Assembly: GCA_019058295.1 (NCBI GenBank)
Contig: JAHPZI010000010.1
Location: 101,578-123,970, forward strand
Reading direction: 5' to 3'
DNA from: Promethearchaeota archaeon
GTDB taxonomy: Archaea; Asgardarchaeota; Lokiarchaeia; Sigyniarchaeales; SOKP01
Length of the DNA stretch: 22,393 nucleotides
Part shown: piece by piece, positions 9,816 to 19,239 of the stretch
Layout: the number at the start of each line of letters is the position of its first letter
Numbering within the stretch: the first letter of the stretch is position 1
The notes under the pieces: model-generated
The model's database searches: none
Seen by the model: the letters and a program-made list of their open reading frames with translations, nothing else
What the model was told of the DNA's origin: nothing
Program-made: the position numbers and the translations under genes

Positions 9816-9946
9816 GTTTTTAACCTCCTATTATTTAAATATCTTCAAATCTCTATAATTATATCTTATTTATTTAATGAATAAGGTTATATATAAAACC
9901 ATCATCAGAAAATCATTGAGCATTAAAATGATTTCTAATGTTTCTT

Positions 9947-11641
9947 TTATTGAAATCCTCTTTTTATTTTAAATTTTATACAATTCTTAATAAAATCACC
10001 GTAGAGTGCACTAGGTGCGTACGGACGGCTTTTGAATTCTGGATGGAATTGAACTCCAACCATCCAATGGTCATCTCGATCCAGTTCTATGCTATTTATA
10101 ATATTTCTTGTTTCATCTGTACTAGATACTATAAGACCATTTCTTTTTGCCTCTTCAGTGATATATTTTTCTTGAATATGATATCTATGTCGAAATCTTT
10201 CAATGATTTCTTCCATATGATAAGCTTTATCTAACCGGGTTCCCTCTTTCACAATTATTTTGAGACCTCCTAATCTCATAGTCCCTCCCTTTTCAGAGAC
10301 TGTTTTTTGCGATTCTAATAGATCTACTACAGGATACGGTGTGTCAGGATCAATTTCAGTGGAATTCGCACCTTCTAATCCAAGATATTTTCTACAAAAC
10401 GCAATGAAAAACAATTGGGCTCCAAAGCATATACCTAAGAAAGGAATTTTATTTTCCATAGCGTATTCTGCCGATTTTATCATACCCTCTACGGCTCGTT
10501 CTCCGAATCCAGGTGTTAATAAAATCCCATCACAATCCTTTAATTCATTTTCAATGTTAGTATCTTCAGTTAAATTAATCATCTTGAGCTCAGCTTTATA
10601 GCCAAGATGCGCAGCAGCATGTTCTATAGCATCATTAATAGAAATATAAGAATCTGATATGTTAAAATACTTACCGGGCATCCCTATTCTAACAGTTTCT
10701 TTGGCACTTTTAAATAATGCAACCAATTTCACCCATTCAGAATAATTTGTTATTTCATTATCTCCCATAACTAATTTTGCTTTTAAATCTAATAAATTAC
10801 ACAAGGAATCTCCTAATTGTTGATCTTCAAATAAAAGAGGTAATTCATAAACTGTTTCGACATCTGGATTAGAAATCACTGTCTCTGGAGGAACATTGGA
10901 AAATAAAGAAATTTTTCTTCTGATATCTTCATCTAAAGGTTTTTCACTTCGACATATAACTATATCAGGCTGTAATCCTGCACTCTGAAGCATTTTTATT
11001 GAGTGTTGGGTGGGTTTTGATTTTTGCTGACCGACTGCCCTCGAATAAGGGACTAAAGTAACATGTACTAATGCTGTATGCCTTTTTGGTAACTCTAATT
11101 TTAACTGCCTGAATGATTCTAAAAAGATGCTGGATTCTAAGTCACCAACAGTTCCCCCGCATTCAATTATCAATACATCTAAATTTTCGTTTTCCGCTAT
11201 ATCCATTAATCTTTGCTTAATCATATTAGTTACATGAGGTATTATTTGGACTGTTCTTCCTAAAAATTTACCTTTTCTCTCACTAAGAATTGTAGAAAGA
11301 TAAATCTGACCAGATGTTATATTATGAGAAGGATCAATCTCAATTCCAAGAAATCTTTCGTAAGTACCGAAATCTTGGTCGATTTCACTTATTTTATAAC
11401 ATCGTTCCTCTGATTCATCAACTGGCCTGAAATCCCAGACGTTTTCAGTTATAAAACATTCACCATGCTCTATGGGATTGAGTGTCCCAGGATCCACATT
11501 TAAATAAGGATCAATCTTCACAGCAGAAATTTTAAACCCCCTAAATTGAAGAATTTTACCTAAACTGGCGCTCACGACCCCTTTCCCAATTCCTGACATA
11601 ACTCCCCCTGTTACAATTACAAATTTACACTCATTAGTCAT
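9947..11641 (-). CDS. pyrG: CTP synthase
   Basis: VTGGVMSGIGKG, KIDPYLNVDPGT, ECGGTVGDLES, KSKPTQHS, and GATase GICFG and QFHPEF. Confidence 0.98.
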   Translation of the reverse strand: MTNECKFVIVTGGVMSGIGKGVVSASLGKILQFRGFKISAVKIDPYLNVDPGTLNPIEHGECFITENVWDFRPVDESEERCYKISEIDQDFGTYERFLGIEIDPSHNITSGQIYLSTILSERKGKFLGRTVQIIPHVTNMIKQRLMDIAENENLDVLIIECGGTVGDLESSIFLESFRQLKLELPKRHTALVHVTLVPYSRAVGQQKSKPTQHSIKMLQSAGLQPDIVICRSEKPLDEDIRRKISLFSNVPPETVISNPDVETVYELPLLFEDQQLGDSLCNLLDLKAKLVMGDNEITNYSEWVKLVALFKSAKETVRIGMPGKYFNISDSYISINDAIEHAAAHLGYKAELKMINLTEDTNIENELKDCDGILLTPGFGERAVEGMIKSAEYAMENKIPFLGICFGAQLFFIAFCRKYLGLEGANSTEIDPDTPYPVVDLLESQKTVSEKGGTMRLGGLKIIVKEGTRLDKAYHMEEIIERFRHRYHIQEKYITEEAKRNGLIVSSTDETRNIINSIELDRDDHWMVGVQFHPEFKSRPYAPSALYGDFIKNCIKFKIKRGFQ

Positions 11642-11810
11642 ATGGATTACTTCAAATTCGGGGAAATAATTAATTTATATATAATTATTAAAATAAAATT
11701 ATAAATATAAAACACAAAATAAAAAGTTTTAGTTTAACTCCTTAACGACCTTTAAAAATAGAAATTAAGTGATATTTTGGAACTTGCTCAACTTAGGAAA
11801 AAAGGACCTA

Positions 11811-12710
11811 TTATTTAGTGTATTTTGGTCTCTTCCTTTCAGTTTCTAAATCAAACGGTTCATATAAAATATCTTTAATCATCTTGTTTTCTCTCCCTTT
11901 AAATTTCGCATCTCTTTTTTCAGTTAGAGCTTTGATTGACTCCCGAAAATCTTGAGTTTTTAACGAGAGTCTCAAGGAAATGTTTTCCTTGTCTAAGGTT
12001 TGGGATATAATTTCTCTAAAATAATCGTGCATTATTTTTTTCATCAATTTTATAGATACACTAGGTCCTTGAGGAGGGATAAGTCTTTCTGCTATCTTTC
12101 TACAATGCGCCATTAATTCATTATGAGGTATCACCCCATTAATTAAACCTAATTCATACATTTTATTCGCAGGAATTCTATCACCAAAGAACAGAATTTC
12201 TTTAGCTCTCTGAAATCCTAAGAGTAAAGGTAAAATAAACGAATTTCCAAATTCTGGAACAATACCACGCTTCACAAAAAAGAATCCTGCCCAAGCATCA
12301 TCTGCCATGTAAATCAAATCCGCACACGCTAAGGGCATCGTAATACCCGCGCCTATTGCTAAGCCGTTTATTGCGGCAATAATAGGTTTTGGAAAATCCC
12401 ATAGCTTCATGCATAATTTCTTAATGGCAATATCTTCTAAGTCCATTTCTGCTTGGATTTCTGGGGCAATATCCAACATTTCTTTCATGTTGAAATATCC
12501 TCCAGAGGAAAAAGCATTTCCTTCTTCGCTTCCCGTAATTATTAACACATGCGCATTTTTATCCTGCTCCATGTCTTTTATAGCAGTTTCAATCTCTAGA
12601 AAAGTAATATAAGAAAAAGCATTTCGTCTTTTTGGCATATTTATTGTAATGGTACAAATCCCATTATCTTCTTTTTTATAAATAATTTCTTTTAAATCTT
12701 CAATATTCAT
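11811..12710 (-). CDS. Enoyl-CoA hydratase/isomerase (crotonase) family protein, probably isomerase type
   Basis: TINMPKRRNA, AFSSGG, PKPIIAAINGLAIGAG and GIVPEFG. Confidence 0.9.
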   Translation of the reverse strand: MNIEDLKEIIYKKEDNGICTITINMPKRRNAFSYITFLEIETAIKDMEQDKNAHVLIITGSEEGNAFSSGGYFNMKEMLDIAPEIQAEMDLEDIAIKKLCMKLWDFPKPIIAAINGLAIGAGITMPLACADLIYMADDAWAGFFFVKRGIVPEFGNSFILPLLLGFQRAKEILFFGDRIPANKMYELGLINGVIPHNELMAHCRKIAERLIPPQGPSVSIKLMKKIMHDYFREIISQTLDKENISLRLSLKTQDFRESIKALTEKRDAKFKGRENKMIKDILYEPFDLETERKRPKYTK

Positions 12711-12757
12711 AGCAAATTGCTCTCTTCTTATTAGATTTGAAGTTAATTAATTTAAAG

Positions 12758-12800
12758 AAGAGAAGAAAATTTATAAAATTTTAGAGAAAAGAGAAGAAAA
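12758..12800. repeat. 12-bp direct repeat AAGAGAAGAAAA (period 31 nt); pyrimidine tracts on the minus strand, possibly terminator or regulatory
   Basis: Copies at 12758-12769 and 12789-12800 flank TTTATAAAA, immediately downstream of the 12809 stop codon. Confidence 0.4.
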
Positions 12801-12808
12801 CTTAGAGT

Positions 12809-14140
12809 TTAGATGCTTTTTTTCAAAAGATCTTTTTTAATTTCTTCTTCTTTTAAATCTTGTCTGAATTTTTTATGTTCAATATAGGGACGGAAGATGG
12901 TTATCTTTGGGGGTGTCATAGTTAATATTGTTTCCGCAATTTTAGGGTATTGGGCAATAAACATAAATTCCTCTCTAACTAAAGGGCGTTGCTTTGATAC
13001 GTTAGCAAAACGGACGAGCTCAAGTATTTGACGAGCTTCCTCATCGTTCTTGAACTTAAGGTCGAAGTTTTTATAGATATGTTTAAAAGAGCTAATTCCC
13101 GAATATTCTCCAGTTGTTATTTTCCTTCCAGTTTCTAAAAGGATTGTTTCCCCTCTACCTAATTCATTAAAATCATAGAGTTCATAATTTTTTCTGTCTT
13201 TTAATGCACCGTCTGCATGAATACCTGACTCGTGTGCAAAAGCATTCTCACCTACACCTACTTGATTTACTGGAATTGGCACTCCGAATGCGTGTTCTGC
13301 ATATTTGGCAATTTTCCAAGCTTTATCCAGTTTTATTTTTGGATCTAACATATCCAATTCAGCCCATTCAGCACCGTGTTTTAAAGCTAAAATCGTGCTA
13401 ACCAAATCACAGTTTCCTGCGCGTTCACCCATTCCATTCACAGTTGTATTTATATAAGCATCTTGTCCTTCTTCTAGGGCACCCTTAGCACCCATAATAG
13501 AACATGCTACGGCCATACCTAAATCATTATGGCAATGAAGCTCAATAGGAATATCAACTGCTTTAGTTAGTTCCTTACATCTAGTATGAATTCTATAGGG
13601 TGTTTCATATCCTAATGTATCGCAATAGCGAATTCTGTCAGCTCCAGCTTTTTTTGCGGCTAAGGAAAACTTAATCAGATAGTCCATTTTAGTTCTACTA
13701 GCATCTTCTGCATTCACACCTACTGTTTTAATCCCTAATTCTTTTGCTCTTTGAACAGAAGCGACCATCATGTCTATTACGTCTGGTTCTGAGATATGAC
13801 CTTGAAATTTACCATTTATCATCTGTTGCGAGGTTGAAATAGAAATGTTTATATGTTCCACTCGGGTTAACTCCACGGCGCTAATAACATCGGTCTCAAT
13901 AGCTCTCATCCAACCAGAAAGAATCATAGGATGGATAACCTTCATTCGTGCAAGCTCAAGGTTTGCGTTAATATAGTTTGTTTCATGTAACGTGTTTGGA
14001 AATCCAAATTCGCTTTGATGAACTCCCATATTGTTCAGTAAAATATTAAGTACCGTCTTTTCTAATTTAGCTAGTCCTAATCTTGAAGTTTGGACACCAT
14101 CACGATTCGTAACATCTAAGATATAAATTCGATTATCCAT
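12809..14140 (-). CDS. DRE-TIM metallolyase: Re-citrate synthase / homocitrate synthase-like
   Basis: DVTNRDGVQT, NAEDASR, YCDTLG, HCHNDLG, NGMGERAGN and AFAHESGIHADG. No full LeuA regulatory domain is evident. Confidence 0.85.
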   Translation of the reverse strand: MDNRIYILDVTNRDGVQTSRLGLAKLEKTVLNILLNNMGVHQSEFGFPNTLHETNYINANLELARMKVIHPMILSGWMRAIETDVISAVELTRVEHINISISTSQQMINGKFQGHISEPDVIDMMVASVQRAKELGIKTVGVNAEDASRTKMDYLIKFSLAAKKAGADRIRYCDTLGYETPYRIHTRCKELTKAVDIPIELHCHNDLGMAVACSIMGAKGALEEGQDAYINTTVNGMGERAGNCDLVSTILALKHGAEWAELDMLDPKIKLDKAWKIAKYAEHAFGVPIPVNQVGVGENAFAHESGIHADGALKDRKNYELYDFNELGRGETILLETGRKITTGEYSGISSFKHIYKNFDLKFKNDEEARQILELVRFANVSKQRPLVREEFMFIAQYPKIAETILTMTPPKITIFRPYIEHKKFRQDLKEEEIKKDLLKKSI

Positions 14141-14427
14141 TTTATTTTCCTTCTTTATTACTTATAGAATAATTATTTTGTATAACTTTAATGTTTTTCG
14201 ATTTTAAAGAGAATTTTTATTATTTTATTTTAATTTCATTTAAAAAAATGAACTTATTTTAATTTTTTTATGAATTTCTGAAAAATGTTTGATTTTCTTA
14301 TTAATTCCTTTTTATAATTAATCTTAAGATATATAAAGTTAAATGTTTATCTTTTAAGCAATTCTATGATCTAAGGAACATATAAACTACCTAAATCAAC
14401 TTTCTTCAGTTTCCCATTTAAATCTGT

Positions 14428-15765
14428 TTATTTAATTTTATATTCACTCTTTAAAAAATTAACGACGATATCTTTTACTTTCCCGCGATCAGGCAAAGAA
14501 GCAACCATTCCATATATAGCAGCCTCTCCATCTGAGGTAACTTCTGGATTATCAATAACTTCCTTTACAGATAACTTGAGATCATTCAGGAAGGAATCAG
14601 CGATTTCTGCATGGTGTGGGTTCACAATCATATGTAGAGCTGACGGAAATTGAATTCGATCTAAATGCCAACCCTTCTTATCTAATTCATCTCCAAGTTG
14701 AAAAATATTAATTTTGTCTGATTTAAATGAAAAAACGCTCACATCTGGTTTACCTATTATTTCTAGTTCAGGGATCTCTTGAATTCCTTTAATAATCTTC
14801 TTAGAAGTATCTAGCACAATTTTCGCTAGCTTCAAATATCCTTCTAATCCTAAGGTCTTCATCCCAGCCCAAGCTGCAGCAATTGCTCCACCTGGACGAG
14901 TACCACGCATTGTTGTTGAAATATAGATTCCTCCAGACCAATCAGTATACACAGAAAACTGATGTTTCCACATCCTTTCTTTCCGATAGAGAATTATTGA
15001 AGCTCCCTTCGCACTATACCCGTATTTGTGTACATCTACAGAAATTGAGGATACTCCCGGAACAGAAAAATCCCAATCTAGAATATCGTATCCAAGTCTC
15101 TTAGCAAATGGTAAAATAAAACCTCCCAGACAAGCATCAACATGCATCCCAATATCTCGCTCTTTTGCGATTGCAGCAAGTTCAGGAATAGGATCTACAA
15201 CACCTCTAGGAAAATCACACGCAGAACCAACCATTAAAATTGTATTTTCTGTTAACGCATCTTTCATAGCCTTGACATCTGCACGATGAGTTTCTTGATC
15301 TATAGGAACACGTATTGGTTTTACTCCAAAATAATCAGCTCCTTTTAGATGAGCGGGATGAGCTGAACTTGGAAGCACCATCTCTGGGTTTTTAATCTCA
15401 GGATACTTCTCACGGGCCCAATTTCTATGCGTTTTTATAGCCATTAAAATACTTTCGGTCCCCCCCGATGTCATGCTTCCACAGCATCTTTTATCCCCAT
15501 TTAGTAGATCGATAACCATGGAAACGACTTCTATTTCAAATTTTTTCAAACTGGGAAAGGCTATAGGACTTATTGCATTCTTAGAAAAGAACATAGTATA
15601 AGCTTTTTTAAGGAATTCCGAATGCTCGTCGCTAGCATGATACACTAAACTCCACACTTTACCTTCCCGCCAATTTATATCTCCTTTAATTAAATCTTCC
15701 ATAAGTCTTATAATTTCGTCCTTAGGAACTCCTTGTTCTGGTAACACTACTTTAGGTCTAGCCAT
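14428..15765 (-). CDS. PLP-dependent group II decarboxylase family protein, sphingosine-1-phosphate lyase-like
   Basis: MTSGGTESILMA, HVDACLGGF, SISVDVHKYGY (PLP lysine), GTRPGG and a C-terminal AAIYGM. Confidence 0.85.
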   Translation of the reverse strand: MARPKVVLPEQGVPKDEIIRLMEDLIKGDINWREGKVWSLVYHASDEHSEFLKKAYTMFFSKNAISPIAFPSLKKFEIEVVSMVIDLLNGDKRCCGSMTSGGTESILMAIKTHRNWAREKYPEIKNPEMVLPSSAHPAHLKGADYFGVKPIRVPIDQETHRADVKAMKDALTENTILMVGSACDFPRGVVDPIPELAAIAKERDIGMHVDACLGGFILPFAKRLGYDILDWDFSVPGVSSISVDVHKYGYSAKGASIILYRKERMWKHQFSVYTDWSGGIYISTTMRGTRPGGAIAAAWAGMKTLGLEGYLKLAKIVLDTSKKIIKGIQEIPELEIIGKPDVSVFSFKSDKINIFQLGDELDKKGWHLDRIQFPSALHMIVNPHHAEIADSFLNDLKLSVKEVIDNPEVTSDGEAAIYGMVASLPDRGKVKDIVVNFLKSEYKIK

Positions 15766-15968
15766 TATTAATCAATACACCCTTATCTTGATAGATATTC
15801 TTTTTAATAATTTGTTCTATATTAAGGTTTATAAAAGAGAGTTTGAGATATAGCTTTTTCCACTTAGTTTCCTCATTGCTTTTTTTATAAAGAGGAAAGT
15901 TAAAAATCTTAATTAAACTATATCAATCAAACTTAACCAAGTTTAAAAAACAAACTAAGGGAAAGAAA

Positions 15969-17534
15969 ATGAAAACATACGAAGAATATTATGAATCTCT
16001 TATAAAAATGAAGCCGAACATATACATTGGCAATGAAGTCGTTGGTAGAGATGACCCGCGAATAAAAGGGGGAATTCATATAGTTAGAGAGACATATGAT
16101 AAAGCTTGGGATCCCAAATTCGAAGATTTATGTACTGCAACTTCTCATATTACAGGTGAAAAAATCAATCGATATACGCATATCCATCAAACTATGGAAG
16201 ACCTTTTAAAGAAGCAGCGAATGACACGCGTTCTTTGTCACCGTGTTGGAGGATGTATACAGAGATGTATGGGAATCGATGCACTTAACGCTATTTCAGT
16301 AATAACTTATGAATGTGATCAAGCTTTAGGGACTAAATATTATGAGAACTTTATAAATTACTTGAAATATTTTCAAGAGAATGATCTTGCTGCGAGTTGC
16401 GCAAGTACAGACGCAAAAGGAGATAGATCAAAACGTCCGTCACAACAAGAAAATCCAGATGCTTATTTAAGAATAGTAGAAACTAGGGAAGATGGGATTA
16501 TAGTAAGAGGGGCAAAACAATGTATTACAAATACTCCTTATGTGCATGAAATAATCGCCGTTCCATGTAGATTACTTTTTCCAGAAGACAATGAATACGC
16601 AGTTGCTTTTGCAATACCTGCAGATTGGGAAGGTGTCAAACTACTCGTGAGACCTGCCTATTTTCATTTTCCAGATGAGAAAATAGTACCGCCAGAAATG
16701 TTACCAGAAACGATGAAATTAGGTGATTGTGAGACATTTATAATTTTCGATGATGTGTTTATTCCAAATGATAGAATTTTCCTAAATGGTCAAGCAGATC
16801 CTAGACAAACTCCCTATGCGGGATTTCTAGCTTTAATGTTTGCTCATTATCATCGTCATTCGTATACTGGATGTAAACCTGCAATGACCGAGGTTATAGC
16901 GAGTGCTTCTGCTTTAGTTGCAGAATATAATGGCATTCAGGATAAAACACATGTGAGAGATAAGCTTGCACACCTTATTGGCACTGCAGAGTTAGTTTTT
17001 GCAGCAGGAGAATCGAGTGCATTACATTCTGAGAAATCTCCTTCTGGTACAATGATACCTGATGAAATTTTAACTAACGCGGGTAGGAGACACGCAGGAG
17101 AGGAGATCTATAACGAATTTAAAACTCTTACTGATCTTGCTGGTGGACTGATGGCCACTTTACCTTTCTTAGAAACTTTCTTTAACGAAGAAGTGGGACC
17201 CCTTGCAATGAAATATATGCAAAGAAATCCACGAGTAAAAGTAGAAAATGTTTTAAAATGTTTTAAAGGAATAGAATGTCTTGGTTGTTCTGAAATCGCA
17301 GGATTACTACAAGTAGCTGGGCTTCATGGTGGAGGTTCTCCCCAGATGGAGACGATTGCTATGATGGGTCGTTATCCTCTTGAAAAATTAAAAAATATCG
17401 CAAAATATTTATTTGGAATAAAGAGCAAATTACATCCATATGAGAGATCAGAAACTCCAGTAACTCCTAGACAATTGCTTGAAAAGTTTAAAAAAGCTCT
17501 GATTGCGAAACAAAAACGAGAACAAAAAGAATAA
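15969..17534 (+). CDS. 4-hydroxybutyryl-CoA dehydratase / vinylacetyl-CoA isomerase (AbfD-like, HpaB fold)
   Basis: CIQRC and HRHSYTGCK carry the 3 Cys + His [4Fe-4S] ligand pattern; TDAKGDRS, VRGAK and HGGGSP are also present. Confidence 0.88.
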   Translation: MKTYEEYYESLIKMKPNIYIGNEVVGRDDPRIKGGIHIVRETYDKAWDPKFEDLCTATSHITGEKINRYTHIHQTMEDLLKKQRMTRVLCHRVGGCIQRCMGIDALNAISVITYECDQALGTKYYENFINYLKYFQENDLAASCASTDAKGDRSKRPSQQENPDAYLRIVETREDGIIVRGAKQCITNTPYVHEIIAVPCRLLFPEDNEYAVAFAIPADWEGVKLLVRPAYFHFPDEKIVPPEMLPETMKLGDCETFIIFDDVFIPNDRIFLNGQADPRQTPYAGFLALMFAHYHRHSYTGCKPAMTEVIASASALVAEYNGIQDKTHVRDKLAHLIGTAELVFAAGESSALHSEKSPSGTMIPDEILTNAGRRHAGEEIYNEFKTLTDLAGGLMATLPFLETFFNEEVGPLAMKYMQRNPRVKVENVLKCFKGIECLGCSEIAGLLQVAGLHGGGSPQMETIAMMGRYPLEKLKNIAKYLFGIKSKLHPYERSETPVTPRQLLEKFKKALIAKQKREQKE

Positions 17535-17540
17535 GAAACT

Positions 17541-17552
17541 TCTTTTTTTTTA
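17541..17552 (+). terminator. Oligo-T tract, candidate terminator
   Basis: A run of about 10 T just after the AbfD-like stop codon, in a convergent gap. Confidence 0.45.
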
Positions 17553-17566
17553 TAATTCAATATTTT

Positions 17567-18526
17567 TTATAATAGGCATAAAACAAATGTTTGTTTTTCT
17601 GATAAAGAATTAATAGAAACTTCAGAACTTTGTTTTGAGATAAAATTATTTATTGGAACTCCTTTTTCAAATAGTTCGTTAAATTTTTCATTGAAAATTT
17701 GATAAATTTTTTCATTCCGAGTTATATACGATCCCATTAACTTGTTTGTAGGATCGAAACTTGGCTGAATTAGTTCTTCGTCCGTTAAACTAAAATTGCT
17801 AAAATCTTCTTCTATAATATGAACTTCAAGATTTTTTAATTCAAAATCAATAGGGTTAATATTTTCTGTTAAAACTTTAAATTCCTTACTTTTTAATAAA
17901 GAAATAATCAATTCATTATTAAAAACAACCTGTATCTTTAAATTCTTAAGGTTTTCTTTGATTTTATTCATACTTTTATTTAGATTTTCTTCGATTTCTT
18001 TTGACGCATTTGTTCTAATATAAGGAATTAATGGATTTTCATAGCGAATTCCTGTCGCAATTTTGCATTCACTCCGCGTTAAAAAAGGATAATATATATC
18101 ATCGATATTATTAATATCAAAGATAAGAAGTTCAACAGGCTCTTGAGTAACCTCTATAGATTTTAATTTGTATCTTTTAATGAACTCATCAAGAAAGGTT
18201 GTACACCGGTTTTTTTCATTTTCAAATTCGCTCCTTAAGTCTTCAATTCTTTTATTGATAAGTTTTTGCCAAATTGGGATGATCGGGTTAGCCAAATTAA
18301 TTTTCATAGGTCTATCATAAATTTGGACTAAGTCTAAATCGCTCAATACTGAACAGATCTTATAGCCTCTCTTTAAAGTAAGATTATATTGAAGAGAGAC
18401 TTCTCTCAAATTTTCGATTTTTTTATTTTCTAATAAATGATGATAAATTTTTTCAATTCCTTTTTCAATTATACCTAATGAATTAAATAAATTCGATAAT
18501 TGAATAAATTCATCTCGTATAGTCAT
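17567..18526 (-). CDS. Putative TrmB-like transcriptional regulator (divergent)
   Basis: The N-terminal LG...KIYHHLL...LREVS...GYKICSVLSDLDLV...RP..I...NP fits a TrmB wHTH, followed by a coiled coil. The C-terminal ...TD...NEKIYQIFNEKFNELFEKG resembles the end of a TrmB effector domain. Confidence 0.6.
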   Translation of the reverse strand: MTIRDEFIQLSNLFNSLGIIEKGIEKIYHHLLENKKIENLREVSLQYNLTLKRGYKICSVLSDLDLVQIYDRPMKINLANPIIPIWQKLINKRIEDLRSEFENEKNRCTTFLDEFIKRYKLKSIEVTQEPVELLIFDINNIDDIYYPFLTRSECKIATGIRYENPLIPYIRTNASKEIEENLNKSMNKIKENLKNLKIQVVFNNELIISLLKSKEFKVLTENINPIDFELKNLEVHIIEEDFSNFSLTDEELIQPSFDPTNKLMGSYITRNEKIYQIFNEKFNELFEKGVPINNFISKQSSEVSINSLSEKQTFVLCLL

Positions 18527-18527
18527 A

Positions 18528-19070
18528 TTATAAATTATTTATTTGTTCTTTCATGTTTTGAATAATAAATTCTGTTAGAATACTAAAAGCTTTATCAACA
18601 TTAACATTATTCATTGCTGAAATCTCAAGAAATTCAGCAAATTTATTTTTCTCAGCAATTTGAACTCCATGTTCAGTAGGAATTTGCCGTTGAGTTTCAG
18701 CTAGATCAAGTTTTGAGCCAATTATAATAAGGGGAATTTCCCCTCCTTTTTGCCTGACAATAGAACTCCATTCTTGTAAATTGTCTAAAGTAGAAGATCT
18801 CGTAATATCATATAACAAAAATGCTCCATTAGCACCAAGACAATATGTTGGTAAGAGAAATCTGAACCTTTCTTCCCCTCCCATGTCCCAAATCTGAAGC
18901 TTTATCTTTTTATCATTTATTTCGATTGTTTTTACGTGAAAATCGACTCCAATAGTCATTCTCTCGCTTGGATTGAATAAATTATAACAATAGCGTTTTG
19001 CGAATGAAGTTTTGCCCACATTCGCGTCCCCCAGCAGGAGAATCTTGAAAGTATAGTCGTAAGTTGTCAT
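18528..19070 (-). CDS. Rab-like small GTPase (Ras superfamily; eukaryotic signature protein)
   Basis: YDYTFKILLLGDANVGKTS (G1), TIGVDF (G2/RabF1), KLQIWDMGGEERF (RabF2/G3), GSKLD (G4) and EISA (G5). No C-terminal Cys motif. Confidence 0.95.
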   Translation of the reverse strand: MTTYDYTFKILLLGDANVGKTSFAKRYCYNLFNPSERMTIGVDFHVKTIEINDKKIKLQIWDMGGEERFRFLLPTYCLGANGAFLLYDITRSSTLDNLQEWSSIVRQKGGEIPLIIIGSKLDLAETQRQIPTEHGVQIAEKNKFAEFLEISAMNNVNVDKAFSILTEFIIQNMKEQINNL

Positions 19071-19093
19071 TATGATCTAATCATATGTTTGCA

Positions 19094-19130
19094 TTAATTG
19101 ATTATTATATTACAATACGAATTTTATAAT
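19094..19130. repeat. Left copy of the imperfect direct repeat flanking tbp
   Basis: TTAATTGATTATTATA-ttacaatac-GAATTTTATAAT. Confidence 0.75.
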
Positions 19131-19188
19131 ATATTTTTAAGTAATTAAATATTTTCTTGAAAATTTAAAAATAATAAATAGTAAAAAT

Positions 19189-19220
19189 AAAGAAATATAA
19201 AAGAAATATAAAAGAAATAT
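19189..19220. repeat. 3 x 11-bp tandem repeat AAAGAAATATA upstream of tbp
   Basis: Units start at 19189, 19200 and 19211; the last lacks its final A. Confidence 0.85.
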
Positions 19221-19239
19221 TCCTTTTTAAAGTAAGCCC

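Noticed and set aside
14141-14427. Long AT-rich intergenic region as an ncRNA or origin
   Set aside because: No stable stem, ORB-like motif or credible ORF was seen; it is compatible with ordinary promoter/terminator DNA.
15969-17534. AbfD-like gene as evidence of autotrophic 3HP/4HB or DC/4HB carbon fixation
   Set aside because: No other cycle genes occur in the window, and the family is also used in fermentation.
17567-17585. C-terminal ...VLCLL of the TrmB-like protein as a CaaX prenylation signal supplied in trans to the GTPase
   Set aside because: The Cys is third from the end rather than fourth, and there is no evidence for a prenyltransferase here.
19189-19220. Tandem or flanking repeats near tbp as a CRISPR array or IS ends
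   Set aside because: There are no spacers, cas genes, transposase or terminal inverted repeats.
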